Source: Candidatus Saccharimonadota bacterium
Lineage (GTDB): Bacteria; Bacteroidota; Bacteroidia; Flavobacteriales; Blattabacteriaceae
Assembly: GCA_029851245.1 (NCBI GenBank)
Contig: CP099826.1
Span: 104,281 to 136,280, forward strand
Length of the DNA: 32,000 nt
Direction of reading: 5' to 3'
In this document: piece after piece, positions 19,320 through 29,134 of the stretch
Numbering within the stretch: the first letter of the stretch is position 1
How the letters are laid out: the number at the start of each line of letters is the position of its first letter
Notes under the pieces: model-generated
Databases searched by the model: none
What the model was told of the DNA's origin: nothing
The model's input: the letters and a program-made list of their open reading frames with translations, nothing else
Made by a program: the position numbers and the translations under genes

Positions 19320-20765
19320 ATGAATAATAAAAATTATATAAAATTAATAATTAAAAGTAAAATAGCATTTTTTTCTGAAATTAAAGGATTTATAATATTA
19401 AGAACATATGGATATAAAATATGGGAAAATATAAAAAATATATTAAATAATATATTAATTAAAACAAAACATAAAAATGTTTATTTTCCTTTATTAATAC
19501 CTAAAAAAATTTTTTTTATAGATAAAAATCATATTAAAAATTTTTACAAAGAATGTGCAATTGTTACACATTCAAAATTTATAATAAAAAATAATAAAGT
19601 TATATTAGATCCTAAATCTAAATTAGAAGAAGAATTAATAATAAGACCTACTTCAGAATCGATTATTTGGTATACATATAGTAAAATTATACAATCATAT
19701 AGAAATTTACCAATTTTAATAAATCAATGGTCAAATATTATAAGATTAGAAATAAGAAATAAAATATTTATAAGAAATTCAGAATTTATTTTACAAGAAG
19801 GACATACGGGTCATAAAAATAAAATTGAATGTATTAATGAAATTATTAAAATTAAAAATATTTATAAAAAATTTATAAAAAATTATTTATGTATTCCTTT
19901 TATAACAGGGTTTAAAACAAATAATGAAAAATTTTCAGGTGCAAAATTTACATTTACATTTGAAACAATAATAAATAATTATAAATGTTTGCAATTAGCA
20001 ACTATACATTATTTTGCTAAAAATTTTTCTAAAGTTTATAAGGTAAAATATACTAATAAAAAAGGAAAAATTAAATATATATGGTGTACATCATGGGGAA
20101 TTTCTACTAGATTAATAGGAGCAATAATAATGATTCATTCAGATAAAAATGGATTAATTTTACCCCCTAAAATTGCACCTATACATATTATAATAATACC
20201 TATTATATATAATAATAATAAAAATTTAATATATAAAATTAATAAAATAGTATATAAAATTAAAAAAATTTTTTATAATAAAAATATTATTATAAAATAT
20301 GATAATAATATATATAAAAAACCTGGTAATAAATTTTATAAATATGAAAATAAAGGAATACCATTAAGAATAATAATAGGGAAAAAAGAAATAAAAAATA
20401 ATATTATAGAAATAGTAAGAAGAGATAATTTTAAAAAATACTATTATAAAATTAATAATAAATTATATAATAAAATATTAAAAATTTTTAAAAAAATACA
20501 AATTAATTTATATTATAAAGCTAAAAAAAAAATGAAAAGTAATACTTTAATTATAAATAATTATAAAATATTTAAAAATTTATTTAAAAAAAAAAAATGT
20601 GGATTTATTATAGCTTATTATAAAATTAATAAATATACAGAATTAAAAATTAAAAAAGATACTAATGCTACAATAAGATGTTTAATAAAAAAAAAGAAAA
20701 TAGGAAAATGTATATATACAGGAAAGATAACAAATTATATAGCAATATTTGGGAAATCTTATTAA
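19320..20765 (+). CDS. proS: Proline--tRNA ligase (archaeal/eukaryote-like type, as in Bacteroidota)
   Basis: 481 aa. IRPTSESIIWYTYSKIIQSYRNLPILINQWSNIIRLE, FILQEGHTGH, SWGISTRLIGAIIMIHSD..GLILPPKIAP, and a C-terminal Zn-binding-type domain ending in Y. Confidence 0.9.
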   Translation: MNNKNYIKLIIKSKIAFFSEIKGFIILRTYGYKIWENIKNILNNILIKTKHKNVYFPLLIPKKIFFIDKNHIKNFYKECAIVTHSKFIIKNNKVILDPKSKLEEELIIRPTSESIIWYTYSKIIQSYRNLPILINQWSNIIRLEIRNKIFIRNSEFILQEGHTGHKNKIECINEIIKIKNIYKKFIKNYLCIPFITGFKTNNEKFSGAKFTFTFETIINNYKCLQLATIHYFAKNFSKVYKVKYTNKKGKIKYIWCTSWGISTRLIGAIIMIHSDKNGLILPPKIAPIHIIIIPIIYNNNKNLIYKINKIVYKIKKIFYNKNIIIKYDNNIYKKPGNKFYKYENKGIPLRIIIGKKEIKNNIIEIVRRDNFKKYYYKINNKLYNKILKIFKKIQINLYYKAKKKMKSNTLIINNYKIFKNLFKKKKCGFIIAYYKINKYTELKIKKDTNATIRCLIKKKKIGKCIYTGKITNYIAIFGKSY

Positions 20766-21712
20766 TTAATATTAATAATTTTTTTTTTTAAATATTTTAA
20801 TATTTTTTTTTTATTTTTTGGATTAAACCATTTAATATTATTATATTTTTTAAACCATGTAATTTGTTTTTTTACTAATTTTTTAGTGTTATATAATATA
20901 TTATTTATACAATTATTTTTATTATTTTTATTATTTTTATTATTTTTATTATTTAAATAATTAAAAATTTCTTTATAACCTATAGTATTTAATGAATTAA
21001 AATTTTTATTTTTATATTTATTATATATTTTTTTTGCTTCATTAAATAATCCATTTTTTATCATTAATTGTAGTTTTTTTTTAATAATATTTAAAATTTT
21101 TTTTTTATTTAAAATTAATCCTATTCTAATATATTTATCAAATTGTCTTTTTTTTTTTTTTTTTAAAAATAATGATGATAATTTTTTATTTATACAATAT
21201 TTTATTTCTAATGCTCTTATTATTTTTCTTTTATCTTTTTTATTATTTAAATTATTATAATAATTAATATCATAATTTTTTAATTTTTTTAATAAATAAT
21301 TAATATTTTTAGAATATAAAATTTTTCTTATTTTAAATAATTTTTTTTTTTTAATATTAGGTATATAATTTATACCTTCAATTATAGTTTTTTCATATAA
21401 ACCAGATCCACCTACCATTATAATAATATTATATTTTTTATATAATATTTTTAATAAATTATTAACATCTTTTTCAAATAAAAATATATTATAATTATCT
21501 TTTAAATTTAAATGACCAATAAAATGATGTTTAATAATTTTTAATTGTTTTATAGTTGGTTGAGAAGTACCAATTTTTAAATCTTTATAAAATTGTCTAG
21601 AATCACATGAAATAATTTCAGTATTAAATTTTTTGGCTAAATATATAGATAATTTAGTTTTTCCTATTCCAGTAGGACCTATTATTGATATTAATATTTT
21701 TTTTTTATTCAA
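20762..21712 (-). CDS. miaA: tRNA dimethylallyltransferase (i6A37 synthase)
   Basis: 316 aa. P-loop IIGPTGIGKTKLSIYLAKKFNTEIISCDSRQFYKDLKIGTSQP, then HHFIGHL and VGGSGLY. Its stop overlaps the proS stop (TTAA). Confidence 0.9.
   Translation of the reverse strand: MNKKKILISIIGPTGIGKTKLSIYLAKKFNTEIISCDSRQFYKDLKIGTSQPTIKQLKIIKHHFIGHLNLKDNYNIFLFEKDVNNLLKILYKKYNIIIMVGGSGLYEKTIIEGINYIPNIKKKKLFKIRKILYSKNINYLLKKLKNYDINYYNNLNNKKDKRKIIRALEIKYCINKKLSSLFLKKKKKRQFDKYIRIGLILNKKKILNIIKKKLQLMIKNGLFNEAKKIYNKYKNKNFNSLNTIGYKEIFNYLNNKNNKNNKNNKNNCINNILYNTKKLVKKQITWFKKYNNIKWFNPKNKKKILKYLKKKIININ
20912..20954. repeat. In-frame 9-bp tandem repeat (ATTATTTTT x4.8) inside miaA, encoding (NNK)n
   Basis: Four perfect copies plus a partial fifth, read directly. 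It translates as NNKNNKNNKNNKNN in the miaA C-terminal region. Confidence 0.8.
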
Positions 21713-21728
21713 TATTACTTAATTAAAT

Positions 21729-22799
21729 TTATTTATATAATTTATTTAATAAAAAGTAATCTAATATTACTAATGCTGTCATAGCTTCTACTATTGGAAC
21801 TGCTCTAGGTAATACACAAGGATCATGTCTACCTTTAATTTTTAATTTTTCTAATTTATTAGTATTTTTATTAAAACTATATTGAGTTTTTTTAATTGTA
21901 GAAACTGGTTTAAATGCAATATTATAATAAATATCCATACCATTTGATATACCACCTTGTATACCTCCAGAATAATTAGTTTTAGTTTTATTTTTATCTA
22001 TAAATACATCATTATGTTCAGAACCTTTTTTTTTTGTTCCATTAAAACCACTACCATATTCAAAACCTTTTACAGCATTAATAGATAACATAGCTTTTCC
22101 TAATTCTGCATGTAATTTATTAAATACTGGTTCTCCTAAACCTATAGGTACATTTTTAATTACACAAGTTATTATACCACCTATACTATCACCTTTATTT
22201 TTAATTATTTTTATTAATTTTATCATTTTTTTAGCAATTTTTTTATCTGGACATCTAATAATATTATTTTCTATATTTTTTATATTTAAATTTAATTTAT
22301 TATATTTTTTATTTAATTTAATATTACCTACTGCAGAAACATATGCACAAATATTAATATTTTTAATAATTTGTTTTGCAATACTACCTGCTATTACTCT
22401 ACATACAGTTTCTCTTGCAGAGGATCTGCCACCACCTTTATAATCTCTAATTTTATATTTTTTAGTATAAGTAAAATCTGCATGTGAAGGTCTATATATA
22501 TTTTTAATATTATTATAATCTTTAGAAATTTTATCTTTATTATATATTATAAATCCTATAGGAGTACCAGTAGTAATATTATTAATAATACCAGATAATA
22601 TTTCTACTTTATCTTTTTCTTTTCTAGGAGTTACTATATTAGATTGACCAGTTTTTCTTCTATTTAATTCAAAATTTATTTTTTTTATACTAATTTTTAC
22701 ACCTGATGGACAACCATCTATAATACCACCTATAGCTTTTCCATGACTTTCTCCAAAAGTAGTTAATTTAAATATATTACCAATAGTATTACCTGCCAT
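21729..22799 (-). CDS. aroC: Chorismate synthase
   Basis: 356 aa. [42 protein letters not shown] and [18 protein letters not shown]. Confidence 0.95.
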   Translation of the reverse strand: MAGNTIGNIFKLTTFGESHGKAIGGIIDGCPSGVKISIKKINFELNRRKTGQSNIVTPRKEKDKVEILSGIINNITTGTPIGFIIYNKDKISKDYNNIKNIYRPSHADFTYTKKYKIRDYKGGGRSSARETVCRVIAGSIAKQIIKNINICAYVSAVGNIKLNKKYNKLNLNIKNIENNIIRCPDKKIAKKMIKLIKIIKNKGDSIGGIITCVIKNVPIGLGEPVFNKLHAELGKAMLSINAVKGFEYGSGFNGTKKKGSEHNDVFIDKNKTKTNYSGGIQGGISNGMDIYYNIAFKPVSTIKKTQYSFNKNTNKLEKLKIKGRHDPCVLPRAVPIVEAMTALVILDYFLLNKLYK

Positions 22800-22884
22800 A
22801 TATTAATAGTCTTTAAAATTAATTTATTATTATTATTATTATATAAATATAAATATAATAATAATTGTTATTATATAATAATTT

Positions 22885-24810
22885 ATGAAAGAAAAAAAAT
22901 ATACTGCTAAAAATATACAATATTTAGAAGGTATTGAACACATTAGAAAAAGACCTACTATGTATATAGGAGATGTAAATATAAATGGTTTACATCATAT
23001 ATTTTATGAATTATTACATAATTCATTAGATGAATATTTAGAAGGATATTGTAAAAATATATTTATTATAATTAATAATAATAAATCTATTACTATAAAA
23101 GATGATGGTAGAGGTATACCAGTAGATAAATTTAAAAAAGAGAATAAATCAGCATTAGAAATAGTAATGACAAAAATTGGTGCAGGAGGAAAATTTGATA
23201 AATTATCTTATAAATATTCAAGTGGTTTACATGGTATCGGATTATCTTGTGTAAATGCTTTATCTAAAAAATTAATTATTAAAGTATATAGAAATGGTTT
23301 AATATATAAGCAAAAATATAATAGAGGAAAACCATTATATAATATTAAAATAATAGGAAAAACTAAAAAAACTGGTACTAAAATAAATTATGAAATAGAT
23401 GATAAAATTTTTTTATATAAAAAATATAATTTTAAAATAATATATAATTATTTAAAAGAAATTACTTTTATAAATAAAAAATTAAATATTTATTTATATG
23501 ATAAAAGAATTAATAAGAAATATTATTTTTATAATAAAAATGGATTAAAAGATTATATTAAATATTTAAATAAAAAATATAAAAAAAAAAATAATAAATT
23601 AAAACTAGTAATTAATAAAAATATATATTTTAAAGAAAAAATAAATAATTTAAAAATAGAAATTATAATTATATATTATTATTCATTATTTAAAGAAATA
23701 ATAATATCTTATGTAAATAATATTAAGACTATAAATGGTGGTACACATATTACAGGTTTTAAAAGAGGATTAACAAAAGCATTTAATAAATTTATAAAAT
23801 TATATTATAAGAAATATAAAAAATTATATATAAATGGTAATGATATTAGAAATGGTATTGTAAGTATAATATCTATTAAAATGATGAATCCTCAATTTGA
23901 GGGTCAAACAAAAACTAATTTAGTAAATAAAAATATAATAGGAATTATAGAAAAAGTTGTAAAAAATAAAATTAATATTTTTTTAGAAGAAAATCCTAAA
24001 TATTGTAAAAAATTAATATTAAAAATAATTAATACATATAATTTAAGAATTGCTACTAAAAAGGCTAAAGATTTAATTTATAAAAAAAATATAAATTCCT
24101 ATAAAAATATTACTGGTATACCAGGTAAACTTTCTGATTGTACATATGATGATCCAAATTTATGTGAAATATTTTTAGTAGAAGGTGATTCTGCTGGTGG
24201 TACAGCTAAACAAGGACGTAATAGAAAATATCAAGCTATATTACCTTTAAAAGGAAAAATATTAAATGTAGAGAAATCAGTAGAAAATAAAATATTTGAT
24301 AATAAAGAAATAAAAAATATATTTTTAGCATTAGGTGTGAATTATAATAATAATAATTTAAATATAAAAAAATTAAAATATAAAAAAATTATAATTATGA
24401 CTGATGCTGATATAGATGGTAAACATATAACATCTTTAATATTAACATTTATATTTAGATATATGAAAATTTTAATTGATAAAGGATATATATATATTGC
24501 TAATCCACCATTATATAGGGTAAAAATTAAAAATAAAAAAAAATATATTTGGAATGAATTAGAAAAAAATAAAATTTTAAAAGTAAATAAAAATATTAAT
24601 ATTTTACAAAGATATAAAGGATTAGGGGAAATGAATTCTAAAGAATTATGGACTACTACAATGAATCCAAAAACTAGAATATTAAAAAAAATATTTATAA
24701 AAGATTTTAAAAAAAGTAATAAAATATTTAATATTTTAATGGGAAATAATGTAAAACCTAGAAAAAATTTTATTAAAAAATATTCTTTATTTGCAAATGT
24801 TGATGTTTAA
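22885..24810 (+). CDS. gyrB: DNA gyrase subunit B
   Basis: 641 aa. LEGIEHIRKRPTMYIG, DDGRGIPVD, GGLHGIGLSCVNALS, EIFLVEGDSAGGTAKQGRNR..QAILPLKGKILNVEK, IMTDADIDGKHI and YKGLGEM. Confidence 0.97.
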   Translation: MKEKKYTAKNIQYLEGIEHIRKRPTMYIGDVNINGLHHIFYELLHNSLDEYLEGYCKNIFIIINNNKSITIKDDGRGIPVDKFKKENKSALEIVMTKIGAGGKFDKLSYKYSSGLHGIGLSCVNALSKKLIIKVYRNGLIYKQKYNRGKPLYNIKIIGKTKKTGTKINYEIDDKIFLYKKYNFKIIYNYLKEITFINKKLNIYLYDKRINKKYYFYNKNGLKDYIKYLNKKYKKKNNKLKLVINKNIYFKEKINNLKIEIIIIYYYSLFKEIIISYVNNIKTINGGTHITGFKRGLTKAFNKFIKLYYKKYKKLYINGNDIRNGIVSIISIKMMNPQFEGQTKTNLVNKNIIGIIEKVVKNKINIFLEENPKYCKKLILKIINTYNLRIATKKAKDLIYKKNINSYKNITGIPGKLSDCTYDDPNLCEIFLVEGDSAGGTAKQGRNRKYQAILPLKGKILNVEKSVENKIFDNKEIKNIFLALGVNYNNNNLNIKKLKYKKIIIMTDADIDGKHITSLILTFIFRYMKILIDKGYIYIANPPLYRVKIKNKKKYIWNELEKNKILKVNKNINILQRYKGLGEMNSKELWTTTMNPKTRILKKIFIKDFKKSNKIFNILMGNNVKPRKNFIKKYSLFANVDV

Positions 24811-24859
24811 TTAATTTATTATTTATTATAAATAAATAAATAATAAGTTAATAAAGTCA

Positions 24860-25723
24860 ATGAATATTATAAATATTAAAATATTATTTCTATTTTTAAT
24901 AGAAAGTATTTTTGAAAATTTACCAATTTCTTCAACATTTTATATAATATTAATTAGTAATTTAATAAATATTGATTATAATTATGTAAAAGATATATTA
25001 AATTTAATAAATTTTAGTATATTTTTATCAATATATTTAAAATTTAAAGAAAAATTAAATTTTATATTATTTTTAAAATTATTAATTACATTATTACCAA
25101 TTTTAATATTTAATATTTATATTTATAAATATTTAAAATTTATAATTAATAATTTAATATATTTATTAATAATATTTATAATATTTAGTATTATAATTAT
25201 TTTTAATAAATTAATAATTAATAATATATACAGTTATAATAATAATATAAAAAATGAAATTAGTATTAAAGATTCATTATTAATAGGAATATTTACATGT
25301 TTATCATTTATTCCTGGAGTTTCTAGATTAGGGTCTACTATATTAGGTGGGTTATTATGTTTAGTAAATTATAATATTATTATTGATTATTCATATATGT
25401 TAAATATTATTATAAAATTATTAATATTATTAAAAACAATATATGAATATTTAATAATTAATGATTATAATATAAATTTTAATATTAAAAGTATTATTTA
25501 TAATAAATATATATTATTTATAATAATAAGTAATATATTATCATTTATTGTAAGTAAAATAACTATAAATTATTTTTATAATTATTTAAAAGAAAGTAAA
25601 GAAAATTTTATAAATTTTGGATATTATAGAATATTATTAGTAACAATAATATTTATTATATATTATATAATAAATAATAATAATAATAATTATAATTCTA
25701 TTAATAGGTTTTACTTTTTTTAA
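24860..25723 (+). CDS. uppP: Undecaprenyl-diphosphate phosphatase (UppP/BacA) homolog with a substituted catalytic motif
   Basis: 287 aa polytopic membrane protein. IESIFENLPISSTFY aligns to the BacA motif EGLTEFLPVSSTGH. IPGVSRLGSTILGG aligns to PGFSRSGATISGG. The C-terminal YRILLV matches the BacA end. Confidence 0.7.
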   Translation: MNIINIKILFLFLIESIFENLPISSTFYIILISNLINIDYNYVKDILNLINFSIFLSIYLKFKEKLNFILFLKLLITLLPILIFNIYIYKYLKFIINNLIYLLIIFIIFSIIIIFNKLIINNIYSYNNNIKNEISIKDSLLIGIFTCLSFIPGVSRLGSTILGGLLCLVNYNIIIDYSYMLNIIIKLLILLKTIYEYLIINDYNINFNIKSIIYNKYILFIIISNILSFIVSKITINYFYNYLKESKENFINFGYYRILLVTIIFIIYYIINNNNNNYNSINRFYFF

Positions 25724-25934
25724 TAATATATTTTACAGTATTAGTTGGAATAGCTCCATTTTTTAACCATTTAATAGTTGTATTAATATTAATATTAATA
25801 ATATTTTTAATAGGATTATAATATCCTAATTTAATAATAATTTTACCATCTCTAGGAGATTTTGAATTGGCAACAACTATATTATATATAGGTAAATGTT
25901 TTTTACCTTTTCTTTGTAATCTAATTTTTAACAT
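25701..25934 (-). CDS. rpsP: 30S ribosomal protein S16
   Basis: MLKIRLQRKGKKHLPIYNIVVANSKSPRDGKIIIKLGYYNP is a canonical S16 N-terminus. I place the start at the internal ATG (25934). The 32-codon upstream extension in the ORF track is low-complexity and runs antisense into tRNA-Gln. Confidence 0.9.
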   Translation of the reverse strand: MLKIRLQRKGKKHLPIYNIVVANSKSPRDGKIIIKLGYYNPIKNIINININTTIKWLKNGAIPTNTVKYIIKKSKTY

Positions 25935-26006
25935 ATTATTATTATAATAATAATATAAATATTTATAATTATATATATTATTTTTTTTTAAAAAAATAAT
26001 AATAAT

Positions 26007-26077
26007 AGACTTGTGGTGTAAAGGTAGCACCTCAGATTTTGGTTCTGATAGTTAAGGTTCGAATCCTTACAAGTCTG
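26007..26077 (+). tRNA. tRNA-Gln (anticodon UUG)
   Basis: Acceptor AGACTTG/CAAGTCT, anticodon arm TCAGA-TTTTGGT-TCTGA, T-arm TAAGG-TTCGAAT-CCTTA, discriminator G. No encoded CCA. Confidence 0.88.
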
Positions 26078-26094
26078 TAAATTAATTAATATAA

Positions 26095-27045
26095 TTAAAA
26101 TACAAATAATAATTTATAATTAATCATAGAATTATAAATATCTATATTATTAATAATTTTATTATTTGAAAATTTACATTTTAATAATTTAATATATCCA
26201 TTTTTTACAATAATAAATACTTTTTTATTTTTTAATATAATATTTCCTATAAATAAATTATGTTTTTTTTTAATTATTTTAATTTTATAATAAAATAATA
26301 TATTAATTTTATTATTAATATTTATAAAACTCCAAGCTGCATTATTATTTGGTAAACCTCTAATTAAATTATATATTTTTATTAAAGAATAAGATAAAAA
26401 ATATATTTTTGTATAATAATTATTAAGTTTAGGTGCTAATTTAATATTATTATTATTAATTTCATTTTTAATTAAATTATATTTTTTATTTTTAAATAAA
26501 ATTTTTATATTTTTAATTAAAAAATATTTTACTTTTTTAGATAATAAATAATATAATTTATCAAAATTAATTTTATTATTTATATAATATTTTTTTTGTA
26601 ATATTATATTACCTTCATCAATAATTTCATTAATAAAAAAACTAGTTAATCCAATTATATTTTCACCATTAATAATACACCAATTTATTGGATTAGCACC
26701 TTTATAATTAGGTAATAATGAAGGATGAATATTAATAGTACCAAGTTTTGGTATTTTCCATATTTTTTTAATTAAATATTTAAATGATATTACAATAAAT
26801 AAATCTGGTTTTAATGATTTAAGTTTATTGATAACATTAATGTTATTAATATATTCACTATATATTAATTTAATATTATATTTTAATGATATTTTTTTAA
26901 TTTTATTAATTTTATTATTAATAATATTTTTTTTAGATGTTATTACATTAATAATATTATAATTATATTTATTTTGATTTTTTATTAAATATATTAATGA
27001 ATATATACCAAAATCACCATTACTAAAGAATACTATTTTTTTCAT
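26095..27045 (-). CDS. fmt: Methionyl-tRNA formyltransferase
   Basis: MKKIVFFSNGDFG... and INIHPSLLPNYKGANPINWCIINGENIIGLTSFFINEIIDEGNII (the SLLP motif region). The start is placed at the MKKIVFF Met, because the 9-codon longer ORF-track start overlaps tRNA-Lys. Confidence 0.85.
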   Translation of the reverse strand: MKKIVFFSNGDFGIYSLIYLIKNQNKYNYNIINVITSKKNIINNKINKIKKISLKYNIKLIYSEYINNINVINKLKSLKPDLFIVISFKYLIKKIWKIPKLGTINIHPSLLPNYKGANPINWCIINGENIIGLTSFFINEIIDEGNIILQKKYYINNKINFDKLYYLLSKKVKYFLIKNIKILFKNKKYNLIKNEINNNNIKLAPKLNNYYTKIYFLSYSLIKIYNLIRGLPNNNAAWSFININNKINILFYYKIKIIKKKHNLFIGNIILKNKKVFIIVKNGYIKLLKCKFSNNKIINNIDIYNSMINYKLLFVF

Positions 27046-27066
27046 TAATATTAATATAATATAATA

Positions 27067-27139
27067 TGACATGGCTGGGATTCGAACCCAGGACCCTTAC
27101 ATTAAAAGTGTAATGCTCTACCAGCTGAGCTACCAAGTC
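27067..27139 (-). tRNA. tRNA-Lys (anticodon UUU)
   Basis: Reverse complement: GACTTGG-TA-GCTC-AGCTGGTA-GAGC-A-TTACA-CTTTTAA-TGTAA-GGGTC-CTGGG-TTCGAAT-CCCAG-CCATGTC-A. There is one U4:U69 mismatch in the acceptor stem. No encoded CCA. Confidence 0.88.
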
Positions 27140-27240
27140 AGTATTTATATTAAATATTATAGTTTTTTATTATAATTATAATATAATATAATATATAATA
27201 TAATATATTATAAATTTATAATATATATTTATTATTTTTT

Positions 27241-27771
27241 GTGAAAATAATTTTAATAGGATATATGGGATGTGGTAAGTCTAATATAGGTAATATTTTG
27301 TCTTCAATAATAAAATTAAAATTTTATGATTTAGATGAATTAATATCTTTAATATATAAAATGAGTATAAATGACATATATAATAAATATGGAAAAATAA
27401 AATTTAGAGAAATAGAAACTTTTATATTAAATTATTTTTTAATTAAAAATAAATATAAATCTTATATATTATCAGTTGGAGGAGGTACACCATGTTATTT
27501 TAATAATATATATTTAATGAATAAATATTCAAATACAATATATTTAAAAACTAATATTAATATAATATATGATAAATTATTAGAAAAAAATAATAAAATT
27601 AAAAGACCTATTATAAAAAATTTATGTTCATATGATTTATTAAATTTTATTAAAAATCATATTAATAAAAGAAAAAAATATTATTTAAAATCAAAATTTA
27701 TTATTAATATTAAAAATATGAGTTTTTTAGAGATAGTATATTATATAATAGATAATATAATATATGTTTAA
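27241..27771 (+). CDS. aroK: Shikimate kinase
   Basis: 176 aa with a GTG start. P-loop IILIGYMGCGKSNIG, then DLDELI and SVGGGTP, typical of AroK. Confidence 0.85.
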   Translation: MKIILIGYMGCGKSNIGNILSSIIKLKFYDLDELISLIYKMSINDIYNKYGKIKFREIETFILNYFLIKNKYKSYILSVGGGTPCYFNNIYLMNKYSNTIYLKTNINIIYDKLLEKNNKIKRPIIKNLCSYDLLNFIKNHINKRKKYYLKSKFIINIKNMSFLEIVYYIIDNIIYV

Positions 27772-29134
27772 TAAAATAAATAATATTTTTTTAAAATTTA
27801 ATAATTTTTTTAAAAATAAAAAATATTTATTAACTATAAGTGGAGGTGTTGATAGTATGGTTTTATTAAATATTTTTTATAAAATATTAAATAATAATAT
27901 ATCTGTAGCACATTGTAATTTTACAATTTTAAATAATAAAATAAATTATAATTATAATTTAATATATAATTATTGTAAAAAAAGAAATATTATTTTTTTT
28001 TATAAAAAATTTAATACTATAAAATATAGTAATAATAAAAATATATCTTTACAAATGGCCGCTAGAGAATTAAGATATAAATGGTTTAATAAATTGAAAA
28101 TAAAATATAATTATAATTATATAGTATTAGGACATAATTTAGATGATTCTATAGAAACATTTTTTATAAATATTTTTAGAAAAACTGGAATTTATGGATT
28201 AAAAGGAATAAATTTTTTTATTAATAAAAAATATATTTTAAGACCATTAATTTATTTTTATAAAAATAATATTATAAATTATGCATTAATTAATAAAATA
28301 AATTGGAATAATGATATTAGTAATAATAAAAATTATTATTTTAGAAATAAAGTTAGAAATATTATAATACCAAATATATATAAAAATATAAAATTAGTAA
28401 AAAATAATATTAAAAATACTATTTTAAATTTAAAAATAGAATATAATTTTATAAATAAAATAATTAAAATTTATAAAAAAAAAATTATTATTAATAATGA
28501 AAAAACAAAAGAATATTTATTTAAAATAAATATTATAAAATTATTAAATTTAGGTATAAAATATAATAATTATTTATTATATAAAATATTTTATAAATAT
28601 TATTTTTATGATATAAATATTTATAATAAATTATTAATTTTAAAAACTGGTAAATATTATATTTCTAAAAATAGAAAATATAAAATTATTAAAAATAAAA
28701 ATTATATATTTTTATTATTAAATAATAATAAAAATAAAATAAATTTAAAAATTAATAAACTTAAAAAGTATAATATTAAAATTTTAAATAAAAAATATAT
28801 AATTAATTTAAAATTAAAAAATAATAAAAATTTAAAATTATGTAATATAAATTATATATATATAAATTATAATAAAATAAAATTACCATTATATATAAGA
28901 AATTGGGAGAAAGGTGATTATATAATAAATAATAATAAAAAAATATTAATTAATAAAATATTAAAAAAATATAAAATATTATCATTTAATAAAAATAATA
29001 TATTATTATTATTAAATTATAATAATGAAATAATTTGTACATTAAATTATTTAAAGATAATTAATAATAATTATTTTATTAAAAATAAAAATAAAAAAAT
29101 TTTAATATTAAATTTTTTAAATTTAAATGAATAA
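27764..29134 (+). CDS. tilS: tRNA(Ile)-lysidine synthase
   Basis: 456 aa. PP-loop LLTISGGVDSMVLL, then AARELRYKWF, LGHNLDDSIETFFINIFR, RPL and the C-terminal GDYI region. It overlaps aroK by 8 nt. Confidence 0.85.
   Translation: MFNKINNIFLKFNNFFKNKKYLLTISGGVDSMVLLNIFYKILNNNISVAHCNFTILNNKINYNYNLIYNYCKKRNIIFFYKKFNTIKYSNNKNISLQMAARELRYKWFNKLKIKYNYNYIVLGHNLDDSIETFFINIFRKTGIYGLKGINFFINKKYILRPLIYFYKNNIINYALINKINWNNDISNNKNYYFRNKVRNIIIPNIYKNIKLVKNNIKNTILNLKIEYNFINKIIKIYKKKIIINNEKTKEYLFKINIIKLLNLGIKYNNYLLYKIFYKYYFYDINIYNKLLILKTGKYYISKNRKYKIIKNKNYIFLLLNNNKNKINLKINKLKKYNIKILNKKYIINLKLKNNKNLKLCNINYIYINYNKIKLPLYIRNWEKGDYIINNNKKILINKILKKYKILSFNKNNILLLLNYNNEIICTLNYLKIINNNYFIKNKNKKILILNFLNLNE

Noticed and set aside
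25935-26030. 32-codon N-terminal extension of the rpsP ORF in the track (MLPLHHKSIIIIF...)
   Set aside because: S16 universally starts at M-x-K/R-I-R-L, present here at the internal ATG at 25934. The extension runs antisense through tRNA-Gln (26007-26077).
27046-27072. 9-codon N-terminal extension of fmt (MSYYIILIL)
   Set aside because: It overlaps the 3' end of tRNA-Lys on the same strand. The fmt family N-terminus (MKKIVFFSNGDFG) begins at the ATG at 27045.
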